A program made the translations under genes and the position numbers. From Armatimonadota bacterium (lineage in GTDB: Bacteria > Vulcanimicrobiota > JACPDS01 > JBDRKI01), in the NCBI GenBank assembly GCA_043814095.1, contig JBDRKI010000054.1:1-64000 (forward strand): a DNA stretch of 64,000 nt. Direction: 5' to 3'. A model generated the notes under the pieces. That model searched no databases and was not told the DNA's origin. It saw nothing but the letters and a program-made list of their open reading frames with translations. Positions 1 to 9,583 of the stretch are shown here, piece after piece; within the stretch, counting starts at the first letter, position 1; each line of letters starts with the position of its first letter.

Positions 1-88
1 TTTTTAAAAAGAAGGAGATTTATCTATTTTAAAGAAATTTTTATCATATCATACATAATTATATTACTATTTCAGGAGAATCAATAAG

Positions 89-586
89 GTGATCTGTTTT
101 AAATGCGGACATGATAATCCGGCAACAGCCGTTAACTGCGAAAAATGTAAAACTCCTCTGCCTAAGATGCCTGCGGGCTATCAGGCGCCCAAGCCTGTTT
201 TAACTGAACGTCTGCAGAAATTCAGGGATGCCATAAATAATCTTAAAAATAATATATGGACAGCTGAAGAATTTAAAAGTTTCCTTGATAATATATCTGC
301 AGACCTTGCTGCGAGATTCGCCGATATAAAGTCAACTGACGTTCCTGTTGAGATGGAAGAAGATTTCGCGGAAGAGATGGCTCTGGGCCTTGAAGGCATT
401 ACATTATACGAACAGGGAATAAATGAGCTTTATGCGACCCTACAGGACGGAAATATAGACCATCTGGATATAGGATTTGAAATCATAGAAGAAGGCAATG
501 ACAAAATAAATGAAGCTATGAGAATAAACAGAGAGAACCGTCAGAAAATGGAAGAACTATATAACCCTGACTGGGGACCGATATAA
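89..586 (+). CDS. N-terminal zinc-ribbon protein with acidic helical domain, function unknown
   Basis: CFKC...CEKC motif; AGGAG RBS before GTG; terminator downstream. Confidence 0.75.
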   Translation: MICFKCGHDNPATAVNCEKCKTPLPKMPAGYQAPKPVLTERLQKFRDAINNLKNNIWTAEEFKSFLDNISADLAARFADIKSTDVPVEMEEDFAEEMALGLEGITLYEQGINELYATLQDGNIDHLDIGFEIIEEGNDKINEAMRINRENRQKMEELYNPDWGPI

Positions 587-607
587 ATCGATATTTATCG
601 ATAACTT

Positions 608-641
608 AAAAAGACATCCATTAAAATAGATGTCTTTTTTT
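608..641 (+). terminator. Intrinsic terminator (possibly bidirectional)
   Basis: AAAAAGACATC-N10-GATGTCTTTTT followed by more T. Confidence 0.75.
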
Positions 642-653
642 ATTTTCTGGCAA

Positions 654-689
654 AAATAAAAATCGGAGATTATAAAAACCTCCGATTTT
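654..689 (-). terminator. Intrinsic terminator for the two small minus-strand genes
   Basis: AAAATCGGAG-N11-CTCCGATTTT with A-run on the left. Confidence 0.7.
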
Positions 690-710
690 AACTTTTGCTT
701 TTATACTTTT

Positions 711-959
711 TTAACCAAGGAAAGATCTGGTTTTATCGGCTATACTCTGATTCTGTTTAGTCTGTGACTGGAAGCAAGCAATTGCCGCCTCTTTCATGGT
801 ATTAATAGCATCATTTATTGCCTTCATCTGTTCTGCTCTTTTTTTCCAGTAATCATTATAAGCTGAATATTCATTGTCACCGTTTTGAGAGCTTCCTACC
901 GATCCTGAATAATGATTATGATAATCAGCGTGAGCAGTTTGTATTGCGTTATCTCCCAT
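711..959 (-). CDS. 82-aa hypothetical helical protein; candidate filament/needle subunit or export substrate
   Basis: GGTGA RBS; polar N-terminus, amphipathic Q/N/A-rich C-terminus; cotranscribed with 990..1232 behind the repeat operator. Confidence 0.7.
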   Translation of the reverse strand: MGDNAIQTAHADYHNHYSGSVGSSQNGDNEYSAYNDYWKKRAEQMKAINDAINTMKEAAIACFQSQTKQNQSIADKTRSFLG

Positions 960-989
960 TTAAATCACCATCTTTCCTAGTTTGTGCTA

Positions 990-1232
990 TTAACCACCGA
1001 GAATTCCTTCCCATTTTTTATAAACAGCATCCTGCTGTTTAACAAAACCAAGATGTAAATCCTGCTGCTTGTTTAAAATACCGAACTGTGTTTTTGCCAG
1101 CATCTGCCAGTTATCATAGGCATATTTGTGTGACATTGCAGCACCTGTCACTAATGTACTGTTAGCAGTTAAATAATCTGTAACTGCTGCCAGCCACTGC
1201 TGGGTCTGAATTGTTTGACCGTAGAATTGCAT
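990..1232 (-). CDS. 80-aa hypothetical helical protein; candidate filament/needle subunit or export substrate
   Basis: Strong GGAGGTG RBS; no signal peptide; Q-rich; first gene behind the operator at 1305-1345. Confidence 0.75.
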   Translation of the reverse strand: MQFYGQTIQTQQWLAAVTDYLTANSTLVTGAAMSHKYAYDNWQMLAKTQFGILNKQQDLHLGFVKQQDAVYKKWEGILGG

Positions 1233-1304
1233 ACTACAGCACCTCCTTGTACTCTATTCTTGACTATATTATGCCATATAAAGGGGGGAAAGTAAATAAT
1301 ATTA

Positions 1305-1345
1305 TGTTACAAATTTGTTAAAAAAATGTTAACAAATTGTTAACA
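1305..1345 (-). promoter_or_regulatory. 4 x 11-bp direct-repeat operator (TGTTAACA core), copy 1
   Basis: Units start at 1305, 1316, 1327, 1338; -10-like CATAAT on minus strand at 1268-1273. Confidence 0.8.
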
Positions 1346-1505
1346 TTTTGGACCTATTGAGGATATAATATAGATAGAAAACATAAGGAAAATCAGTTAA
1401 AATTAGCTAAAAATCGTTATTTTAAAGAAAAATTTTGATAATTTATTTGGCAATAAATTCTTTATATTTAAGGATTATTTAAAAATTGATTCTTAAGTAA
1501 TATCT

Positions 1506-1920
1506 CTAATAAATATCTGGCTTAAAAGTATCTGGATTTTTCAGCCATTCCAATGCTTTTCTTACAGTATTCTCGCTTGATCCTATAAGTACGCTATCAG
1601 GATTATCGGGATCAGGCCTGTTATCAGCTGTCTTATAAGGGCATTCTTCTGCTTTTTCAAAAATTATATATTCGTCTCTCCCAAAATTGCATCTGCCGTT
1701 TTCTTCTTTCTTTATAATATGTTCTTCCATTATTAAATCTTTTAGAGAAGTATTGAGTTTTTTAATATTAGAAAATTCCTTAACCCCTATCTTGTATTCT
1801 TCATTATCAACCTTACCGTATTTATAGGAGGTAATATAAAAAGAGCTCCCTTTTTTATCAATACGAAGATCTAAGTCCTTAGACTGAAACTGCAACACTT
1901 TGCCTCGTTTACCCGGCTTG
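1506..1920 (-). pseudogene. Frameshifted C-terminal part of the second transglutaminase-like unit
   Basis: SKDLDLRI...VRKALEWLKNPD..IY matches unit 1 SEDLDLRI...VRKALEWLNDPD..IY; frame joins if the A8 run at 1921-1928 were A7. Confidence 0.75.
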
Positions 1921-4761
1921 TTTTTTTTCGGACCGGATAGTTTCTTCTTCTTTTATTTCCCTATCCATCCAGTAAAAAGAGGATGTATCAACAATAAACT
2001 TTCCTTTTTGAGAATCATTTACTTCAATAACGGCATGCCCTTCGGCATTGCCGTACCATTCCGCGGCTTTTCTTGTCCATGCTCTCATCTTTCCAATCCA
2101 TATGCCTAATTCCTTTTTATATTCTTCTTCTGTTTTTTGAGATGCCTTTTCCGGCTTTTCAGGATTATCCCCTATTTTTTTATAACGCAAAGCCCAGTCT
2201 TTTTTAAAAGAGCTTACATATTTTGTTTCTATGCCGGGATTTACGGCTTTAAATAACGCCTGGAATACTTTAGCATTTTCAACACACCCGTTGGTGCTGG
2301 CTGAAGCAAGTATTTTTTTGGCAGACCACTCGCAGGCATCTCTCCCTCTACCCCTATGATTTATATTTTTATTCATGAATTTAAGGACATTTAAAACCTG
2401 TCCTTTTGTCTTATCTTCCCCTTCGTTGGGCATTTGTTTAATAATAGAAACAGCCGAATCAAATATTTTGTTTTCAATATCCGGAATATTTATCTTTTCA
2501 AGTTCTGTTATTTTATCTATTTTTATATTATTCTTACCGTAGAAGCTTTTTATATCATCATAATATATCTTCATTTTTAATAAATATATTAAGTTTAAGA
2601 AATCTTCATTCATAAAGCTCGTTTTATTTAAAATATAGTCAGGAGATATTTTAGATATATCTTCTTTAAAAAGAACCATCATAGCATCTGCTTGAGGTTT
2701 TTTTGAGCGAAAATCACCTGCACATAAATATAAATTAATAAGGCTGTTCAGCATCTCCTCTTTTTGCTTTTTATCCATATTTGAAATAATAGCAGGATTT
2801 GTAAGAATACTAGTCTTTTTAAGCTTAATCAGGCTCCAGATCAGCTTTGATTTTGCCTCATAAATCATCTTGCTTAAAATAGCTTCCCTGTCTTTTTTAT
2901 TAACAACTGTAAACCTTTCGGTAAAATCTTCTGTAACTTCATTTTTTCCTATTTTACTATCGTTATTTTTATCAAACTGCTTAAATGTTTGGGGGAAATC
3001 ATAAATATTGTTATTTATAGAATTGCCCATAACGCCTCCTGAAAGGAATATAATTAATAGGAGAATGGCAATAAAAGAATTATAACCAATACGCGATTGT
3101 AAGTCCTTTTGCTTTTTCATATAAATATTCGCCTTATAATTATCGGGATCATTAAGCCATTCTAAAGCTTTTCTCACATGATCGGTTCTCATTCTTTTTT
3201 CGTCTGTGTAAAATCTATAAGCGCTTTTTGCATAAATTATGCATTCATCCTCGCCGCATTTAAAAACACCGTATCCCGGCTTACTTGAAGTTCCGTTAGA
3301 ATTATCTCCTTCTCGCTTTGTTGATGATTCTTCTTTTTTAATAAGAGACGGTTTTAAATTCTTAAAAGATTTGTCTTTATAAGCAAAGTTCTGTATATAA
3401 TCGTTAACTTCTTCAATAGTAGAAGCTTTGAATTTCTTCCTGCATTCTTTTTTATCAATACAGCGGTAATTATAATGCAGCACATAAAATTCGCCGTTTA
3501 TCTTTACAATGCGCAGATCTAAATCCTCGGATTTAATCTGCCGGACAGCACCCTTTCTACCATTAATTTTCACCTGCATTGTTTCTTCTTCTTCTATTTT
3601 CTGCACACCGGTCTCCTGAAAATTGCTGGTATTAACAATAAATATAGAATCTTCCCCTTTATCCCAGGTTTCCTTTTCATAAACCTCTATAACAGTATGC
3701 CCCCCTACGCTGCAAATACTTTTATTCAAATTTTTCTTTTCTTCAGTATCTACCCCAGTCTTCATAAGCCAAGTATTGGTTTTTTCTATCCAGTCCTGTG
3801 TCGCCTTAATCTTCTTCTCTTCTGTTTTTAAATTCTTAAAATTTGGTCTTCCAGGTTCTCCCTGAACATGTGCAAGACGTAGAGCCCATTCCTTTTTAAA
3901 AGAATGTATAAAATTACAATCTGTCTTTGGATCTATTTTTTTCAACAACTCAAAGAAACACCTTGCAGCCTCACCACAGCCGCAAAAATTGCCGCCGGCA
4001 AGTATCTGCTTTCCTGACAGAGCGCATTTATCTCTCCCGTCCCACTCATTGCCCTTTAAAGTTTGATTCATAAACTTAAGAATATTTAAAACCAAACTTT
4101 TAGTTTCTGTTTCTTCTGTTGAAGGCATAAATTTTATTATATAAACAGAGGCATTAAATATGGCTTCTTCCATTTTAGAATATGAAAAAGAACTGTCTTC
4201 TAGAATATCAATTTTATATTTATTATCAAAAGGAATATTGTTTTTTGCCAGAAAATCTTTCATATCATCATACTGTTTTTTTATTTTATAGAAATACTGT
4301 AACGCATGAAAGTCCTCCCGCAAAAAGCCTGTTTCCTTATTATTCAAAATCTTCTTTGCAAAATTTATTCTATCCAAATTAATATCTTCTTTTGCAAGAA
4401 AAGGCATGGCATCTATACACGTTTTTTTCCATTTTTTAACACTATCGGATCCGTCATCACGCACATTCTTATAAAGTTCGATAATTCTATACCTTAGTTT
4501 TTCCTTAGCGCTGGAAAACATAGCCTGCAAAATGCCTTTTCTTTCTATATCATCCAGTATTATAAAGTTTTTGGCAAAATCCTTATTTATTTCTCTTTCT
4601 TCTATCCAGTTATCTTTATTTCCGTCAAATATAGAATCTTCAAAACTTATTAATCTGTTCTTAAGGAATTCAAAATCCTGAGTATAAGCGGGTTTTGTTT
4701 TAAAAATAAAAGAAGCATTCTTTGAAATGACAGGATAATGGACATTAACATCTATCTGCAT
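1909..4761 (-). CDS. Tandem fusion of two EF-hand + transglutaminase-like (Cys-His-Asp/Asn) units; candidate effector(s)
   Basis: GCGEAARCF/GHTVIEV/IVNTS and GCVENAKVF/GHAVIEV/IVDTS; EF-hand-like DGNKDNWIEERE and DKNNDSKIGKNE; internal AGGAGG RBS + ATG at 3030. Confidence 0.65.
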   Translation of the reverse strand: MQIDVNVHYPVISKNASFIFKTKPAYTQDFEFLKNRLISFEDSIFDGNKDNWIEEREINKDFAKNFIILDDIERKGILQAMFSSAKEKLRYRIIELYKNVRDDGSDSVKKWKKTCIDAMPFLAKEDINLDRINFAKKILNNKETGFLREDFHALQYFYKIKKQYDDMKDFLAKNNIPFDNKYKIDILEDSSFSYSKMEEAIFNASVYIIKFMPSTEETETKSLVLNILKFMNQTLKGNEWDGRDKCALSGKQILAGGNFCGCGEAARCFFELLKKIDPKTDCNFIHSFKKEWALRLAHVQGEPGRPNFKNLKTEEKKIKATQDWIEKTNTWLMKTGVDTEEKKNLNKSICSVGGHTVIEVYEKETWDKGEDSIFIVNTSNFQETGVQKIEEEETMQVKINGRKGAVRQIKSEDLDLRIVKINGEFYVLHYNYRCIDKKECRKKFKASTIEEVNDYIQNFAYKDKSFKNLKPSLIKKEESSTKREGDNSNGTSSKPGYGVFKCGEDECIIYAKSAYRFYTDEKRMRTDHVRKALEWLNDPDNYKANIYMKKQKDLQSRIGYNSFIAILLLIIFLSGGVMGNSINNNIYDFPQTFKQFDKNNDSKIGKNEVTEDFTERFTVVNKKDREAILSKMIYEAKSKLIWSLIKLKKTSILTNPAIISNMDKKQKEEMLNSLINLYLCAGDFRSKKPQADAMMVLFKEDISKISPDYILNKTSFMNEDFLNLIYLLKMKIYYDDIKSFYGKNNIKIDKITELEKINIPDIENKIFDSAVSIIKQMPNEGEDKTKGQVLNVLKFMNKNINHRGRGRDACEWSAKKILASASTNGCVENAKVFQALFKAVNPGIETKYVSSFKKDWALRYKKIGDNPEKPEKASQKTEEEYKKELGIWIGKMRAWTRKAAEWYGNAEGHAVIEVNDSQKGKFIVDTSSFYWMDREIKEEETIRSEKKQAG

Positions 4762-4806
4762 AATATCCCTCCTGATTCTGATATACAGTTAACTTGCTTT
4801 ATAAAA

Positions 4807-7209
4807 TTACTTATCCAGCAACTTTATCATTTCTTTCAGGTGTTCCATTGTCTCTTTATCTATTTTTATGCCTTTTTTAGCGGCATTTGATAAAGCCTGA
4901 GCTATTTTGCTTTTTATTCTTTTTATGCTTTCCTTTGCCGCATCATTAGCTTCCTCATGATATTTCCCCTTAGAAATATCATGAAGTTTCTCAATATGAA
5001 ATTTTTGAAGCTTCTGCCTGAAATCGCCTATCTTTATTTCTTTTTTACTGTCCAGTTCCGACCCTATGCTTTTTTCCACTTCTTCAAACAACTCTGTCAG
5101 TTTGAATGCATCTTCTTTTTTATTATACCTCAGCTCGTTATCGGATATTCTTTTAAGCTTATCAGGGGAGAAGATTTTGTCTAAAACTTTTCTCTGCATA
5201 CCGCCCACTGTTTGCTTAACATTCATATTTATTTTGTTTGCAAACTTAGGACTGAAATTATAAAGGTTGGAATTCAAAACTTCTTCCAGTAAAAATTTTA
5301 CAGCTTCTTTCTGTTCTTTACCCGGTACCGGTTCATAAGGCGTTTTATCTTTCAGATCCCCTATGTTGCCCCTGTTATAATAAACACCGCCTATATATTC
5401 AGAAGCAAGATTTAAACCTTTAGTAATCTTGCCGAATCCTTTATAAAACATATCTCTGAACTTTTCATATTTTACGCCCTTTTTCTCAAAGTCAGATTCA
5501 AATCTTTTCCAGTAGTTTTTAGTTCTTTCTATTAAAGAACTACAGTATTTTAAAGGATTGCCAGCATCGCCAGTATTACAAGATGGATCTAGATTTAAAT
5601 CCTCATCAGTGCCATAAGGAATTTTTTTATCATACATATCTTTTACTATAAGATCCAGGGTATTCTTTTCTTCCTCAACTTCGGTAGCAGTATAAATGGG
5701 CTTATACCCGTATTCTATCGCTTTTTTATCATATTCGCCGGGCTTTAACTGGTAAGCGCCGTCATCTTCCGGATTATAATCCATAATCGAATACGGTACT
5801 CCGTCTTTAGATCTCAAACTGCCTTTGAAATTATGCCTTAAGCCCAGTGTATGACCGACCTCATGAAAAGTTAGAGATGTAAGTCTATCCAATATGCTCT
5901 TATCTATGTATTCCTGTTTGGCTTTTTCGTCTTTTAATTTCTGGTAGTTTTCATCAAATGCCCGGATTTCATCCGGCCCGTAATTTATACTGTCATAACC
6001 TATTGCAATATCCGCCGCGTAAATCTCTCCCGTAAAAGGATTAGACATGGAAGGCCCTATGGCTGAATACCAGTTGGTATTAAGATGCACAAAATTTACC
6101 GTATTATACCTTATATCAGAGGGATCCCAGTCCGCGTCATCAGGCTGCATATTTACCTGTATAGCCTCATTAATGCCTATTTCTTTAAAAGCTTCATTCC
6201 AAGCTAGTATTCCCTTCTTAACAGCTTCCTTGTATTTTTTAGACACGGTATTTGCCACCCAGAAAACTATCGGTTTTTCCGGTTTTCCTGTTTTCAGATC
6301 AATCCTTCCCAGATCCCAGCGGTTTATATATTCAACTCTGCGTTCTTCGGTTATCACCTTATCACAGTCATCAAAACCGTTTGTAAAATATCCTACTCTG
6401 GGATCATTTAATCTGGGGCGGTAGTCGCTTTCGGGAATCTCTGAAAAACTGAAATTATAGGTGATGCTTAGATTATCTGTGCGGTCATTTTTGGGATTAT
6501 TGTCTTTATCTTTTGGAGAAAAAGCCACAGTAGCTTTTATCTCTGAATTCTTTGAAAAGCTTTTGGGCTTTTCAATATAACTGTCTTCTTTGTTTAATTC
6601 GGCTTCATCTATCCTGTTATGCCACATAAATCTATGGCTCAGTACTTTATCTGCTTCCACTACCAGTAAATCTTTTAAATCTACCACAATATTTCCATTG
6701 TCCGCATTAATCATGCTGATTTTTGAAGAAGCGATCATTGTATCGTTTTCGCTTTTTTCCACGGCTTTATTCAAATTTATATCCCGGCTCCTCGCGTCTG
6801 TTTTTCTTCTGTAAAACTGTAATCTGTCCCCTACTCTTTTAAAATAAACGGGATAATTGCCCATCATTATATCTGCATCCAAGCTCTCATCTTTACTGCC
6901 GCTCACCCTGTAAGCGGAAAGAAGAAACATCTTATTTAACTGATCCGGTTTTATCTCCAATAAAGTCGTATTGCTTTTTTCGTTAAAATAGAAATCAAAA
7001 TAACCTGTTACATGATCAAATGATTTAAGTTTCTGAAAATATTCTTCTGCTGGCTTCTCAATTGTTTCGGCTTTATTAGGATCCCAGTAAGAAAATAACT
7101 GCCCTAATCTGTTAGCGGCATCTGCCGGGGCAGCGGAAGAAAAAGGCTGAGTTCCCTGCTTAGAAATTGTGGTATTGAATTGATCGGATGAGGTTCTATT
7201 AATCTGCAT
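4807..7209 (-). CDS. Zinc-dependent metalloprotease (metzincin, DUF5117/DUF4953-type architecture) without signal peptide
   Basis: HEVGHTLGLRH, SIMDY Met-turn, DPRVGYF, YINRW; start reassigned to ATG 7209 with GGGGGA RBS. Confidence 0.85.
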   Translation of the reverse strand: MQINRTSSDQFNTTISKQGTQPFSSAAPADAANRLGQLFSYWDPNKAETIEKPAEEYFQKLKSFDHVTGYFDFYFNEKSNTTLLEIKPDQLNKMFLLSAYRVSGSKDESLDADIMMGNYPVYFKRVGDRLQFYRRKTDARSRDINLNKAVEKSENDTMIASSKISMINADNGNIVVDLKDLLVVEADKVLSHRFMWHNRIDEAELNKEDSYIEKPKSFSKNSEIKATVAFSPKDKDNNPKNDRTDNLSITYNFSFSEIPESDYRPRLNDPRVGYFTNGFDDCDKVITEERRVEYINRWDLGRIDLKTGKPEKPIVFWVANTVSKKYKEAVKKGILAWNEAFKEIGINEAIQVNMQPDDADWDPSDIRYNTVNFVHLNTNWYSAIGPSMSNPFTGEIYAADIAIGYDSINYGPDEIRAFDENYQKLKDEKAKQEYIDKSILDRLTSLTFHEVGHTLGLRHNFKGSLRSKDGVPYSIMDYNPEDDGAYQLKPGEYDKKAIEYGYKPIYTATEVEEEKNTLDLIVKDMYDKKIPYGTDEDLNLDPSCNTGDAGNPLKYCSSLIERTKNYWKRFESDFEKKGVKYEKFRDMFYKGFGKITKGLNLASEYIGGVYYNRGNIGDLKDKTPYEPVPGKEQKEAVKFLLEEVLNSNLYNFSPKFANKINMNVKQTVGGMQRKVLDKIFSPDKLKRISDNELRYNKKEDAFKLTELFEEVEKSIGSELDSKKEIKIGDFRQKLQKFHIEKLHDISKGKYHEEANDAAKESIKRIKSKIAQALSNAAKKGIKIDKETMEHLKEMIKLLDK

Positions 7210-7283
7210 ATATCCCCCTAAATTAAAATAATACCAGAAGAGGCTTCTTATATAAATATTATATTGCAAAAGGATAAATAAAT

Positions 7284-7324
7284 TGTTGCTAAATTGTTAC
7301 TATTTTGTTAATTTTTTGTTAACA
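7284..7324 (-). promoter_or_regulatory. 4 x 11-bp direct-repeat operator, copy 2
   Basis: Units at 7284, 7295, 7306, 7317; TATAAT on minus strand at 7258-7263. Confidence 0.75.
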
Positions 7325-7356
7325 AAGTATCCCTTATGGAAAGATTCTTTAAATAG

Positions 7357-7388
7357 AAATAAGCATACTGTTAAAAGTATGCTTATTT
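7357..7388 (-). terminator. Terminator-like hairpin after flhA
   Basis: AAATAAGCATACT-N6-AGTATGCTTATTT perfect inverted repeat. Confidence 0.7.
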
Positions 7389-7431
7389 ATCTCTTTAAAT
7401 ATTACTAAATTATGCTGTAAAATAAGGATTT

Positions 7432-9552
7432 CTACATAGATACCATACCCAGAGAATTAACCTGCACGCCTGTAGCTATCTCATTCCATGATAATACTAT
7501 AAGGTTATGGAATGATCTTTCTGTTAACCTTTTAACGGCTAACCTTATTGTAGGGGCGCATAATATAATGGGCTGGAGGTTCTGTTCTTCCAGTATTGCT
7601 ATCTCTTTTCCCAGGGCAGTTAAAACATCTTTACCTATGTTGGGATCAAGGGATATAAATGAACCTCGTTCTGTGCGCTGTATTGATTGTGATATTACCT
7701 GCTCTATCTGGGGGTCTAATGTGATGCAGCTTATCGTGTTTTCATTATCAATATAGTCTTTGCATATCGTCCTTGCCAATGAGCTTCTAACACATTCCGT
7801 TAATATCTCAACATCTTTTGTGGTATGTACATTATCGGCTAAAGTTTCAAGTACGGTTATAAGGTCTCTTATTGAAACTTTTTCTTTTAAAAGGTTCTGG
7901 AGCACTTTTAATATTTCGCCTAAAGATAAATTATCCGGCAGGAGCTCTTTCACTACCGCGGGGTGGGTTCTTTTTACCGTATCCATAAGGGCCTGTAAGT
8001 CCTGCCTTCCTATGAGCTCATACGCGTGGTTCCTTATGACTTCCGAGAGCTGTGACGCTATGACGCTTACCGTATCAAAAATCATGCATCCTAATTTTTC
8101 CGCTTCCCTTACCTGATCAGGGGTAATCCACATGCCCGGCACTTTGTAGGTGGGATCTACCGTCTTTTTGCCGCGCAGTTTTTCTATTTTTTCCTCCATA
8201 CCTAATGCAAGGTACTGGTTAACCATAACCTCGGCCTGCGCTACTTCCACTTCTTTTATTTTTATAACATAGGAATTTGGTTTTAACTGGAGGTTATCCT
8301 TAAAACGAACACCCGGAACGACTATCCCCATCTCCATTGCTATGACTTTTCTTATGGCATTAACCCTGTCTAAAAGTTTAGCGCCCTGGTTGGGGTCTAA
8401 AAGAGTTAAAAGATTTCTTCCCACTTCAATTGAGAGTACGTCAACCTGCATAAGCGATATAACTGTCTCGGGACGCTTTTTAACTTCGCGCCGGGTTGCT
8501 TCCTTAACCTTTTCTTCATGCACAACGGCAACGGTCTGCTGTTTCTCAAGAGTTACCGCAATAAAGTAGGACATGAACGCAAGGACCAGGAAAGGCCAAC
8601 TGGGAAGGCCCCAGTCAACGCCTACAAACCTTAAGAGGCCCATAACACCCATAAGAGCCATAAAGCCGGCTGCGACTTTTAAAGCTTTAGGCTGGGCGGT
8701 TACCTGCTTTATGACATCTTCGCCCAGGTTGGCATCAGATGCGGCGCGGGACACCACCATACCCATTGAAGTTGACATTAGGAATGCGGGGATAGTAGTT
8801 ACAAGCCCGTTACCTATTGAAAGAATGGCGTATGTGCCGAACGCCTCCCCTGCGGGCATTTTATGGTAAAATATGCCTACCAGCACACCGCCTATGATAT
8901 TAACAATCATGATAATTGCGGCCGCCATGGCATCGCCTTTTACAAATTTGCCGGCGCCGTCCATAGAACCGTAAAAATCAGCTTCCCTTTCTATCTCCCT
9001 GCGCCTGAGCTTTGCGCCTTCAGCGTCTATAAGGCCTGAATGAAGGTCAGCATCGATTGCCATCTGTTTGCCGGGCATAGCGTCCAGTGTAAAGCGGGCG
9101 GCAACCTGCGCTATACGCTCGGCGCCGTTTGTGATAACCACAAACTGGATTATGATAAGAATGATAAATATAATTAAACCGATAACTATATTTCCCCCGA
9201 CGACAAACTGGCCGAAAGCAGGGATAACATGGCCAGCGCCGTGCGGCTCGTTGCCGTGCGCGAGAATAAGGCGGGTTGCGGATACATCCAGCGCAAGCCG
9301 GAAAATTGTAGCTATAAGGAGGGCTGTGGGGAAGACCGCGAATTCAAGCGGGTTTTTTATGTAAATAGCCATTAAAATCGTTATCATGGAGGAGCATATA
9401 TTAAGTATAAGGAGAAGATCCAGAATGCTCGGCGGGAGGGGAATGATTAACATCATAACTATACCGACAACTACTATCGCAACGCCGATATCGGAATATT
9501 TTATGTATTTTAAAAATATCGCTCCCGGTCCTTCATTTTGATTCTGTACCAT
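7432..9552 (-). CDS. flhA: Type III export gate protein FlhA (FHIPEP family)
   Basis: ARFTLDAMPGKQMAIDADL, FYGSMDGAGKFVKGDA. Confidence 0.97.
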   Translation of the reverse strand: MVQNQNEGPGAIFLKYIKYSDIGVAIVVVGIVMMLIIPLPPSILDLLLILNICSSMITILMAIYIKNPLEFAVFPTALLIATIFRLALDVSATRLILAHGNEPHGAGHVIPAFGQFVVGGNIVIGLIIFIILIIIQFVVITNGAERIAQVAARFTLDAMPGKQMAIDADLHSGLIDAEGAKLRRREIEREADFYGSMDGAGKFVKGDAMAAAIIMIVNIIGGVLVGIFYHKMPAGEAFGTYAILSIGNGLVTTIPAFLMSTSMGMVVSRAASDANLGEDVIKQVTAQPKALKVAAGFMALMGVMGLLRFVGVDWGLPSWPFLVLAFMSYFIAVTLEKQQTVAVVHEEKVKEATRREVKKRPETVISLMQVDVLSIEVGRNLLTLLDPNQGAKLLDRVNAIRKVIAMEMGIVVPGVRFKDNLQLKPNSYVIKIKEVEVAQAEVMVNQYLALGMEEKIEKLRGKKTVDPTYKVPGMWITPDQVREAEKLGCMIFDTVSVIASQLSEVIRNHAYELIGRQDLQALMDTVKRTHPAVVKELLPDNLSLGEILKVLQNLLKEKVSIRDLITVLETLADNVHTTKDVEILTECVRSSLARTICKDYIDNENTISCITLDPQIEQVISQSIQRTERGSFISLDPNIGKDVLTALGKEIAILEEQNLQPIILCAPTIRLAVKRLTERSFHNLIVLSWNEIATGVQVNSLGMVSM

Positions 9553-9583
9553 AACAATTACTCCTAAGTAAGTTCTTTATTAT

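Noticed and set aside
711-1232. WXG100/type VII substrates
   Set aside because: The only W-x-G (WEG) is at the extreme C-terminus rather than central, the proteins are shorter than typical, and no EssC/FtsK gene is nearby.
7210-7269. Upstream TTG start for the metalloprotease
   Set aside because: It overlaps the promoter; the RBS supports ATG at 7209.
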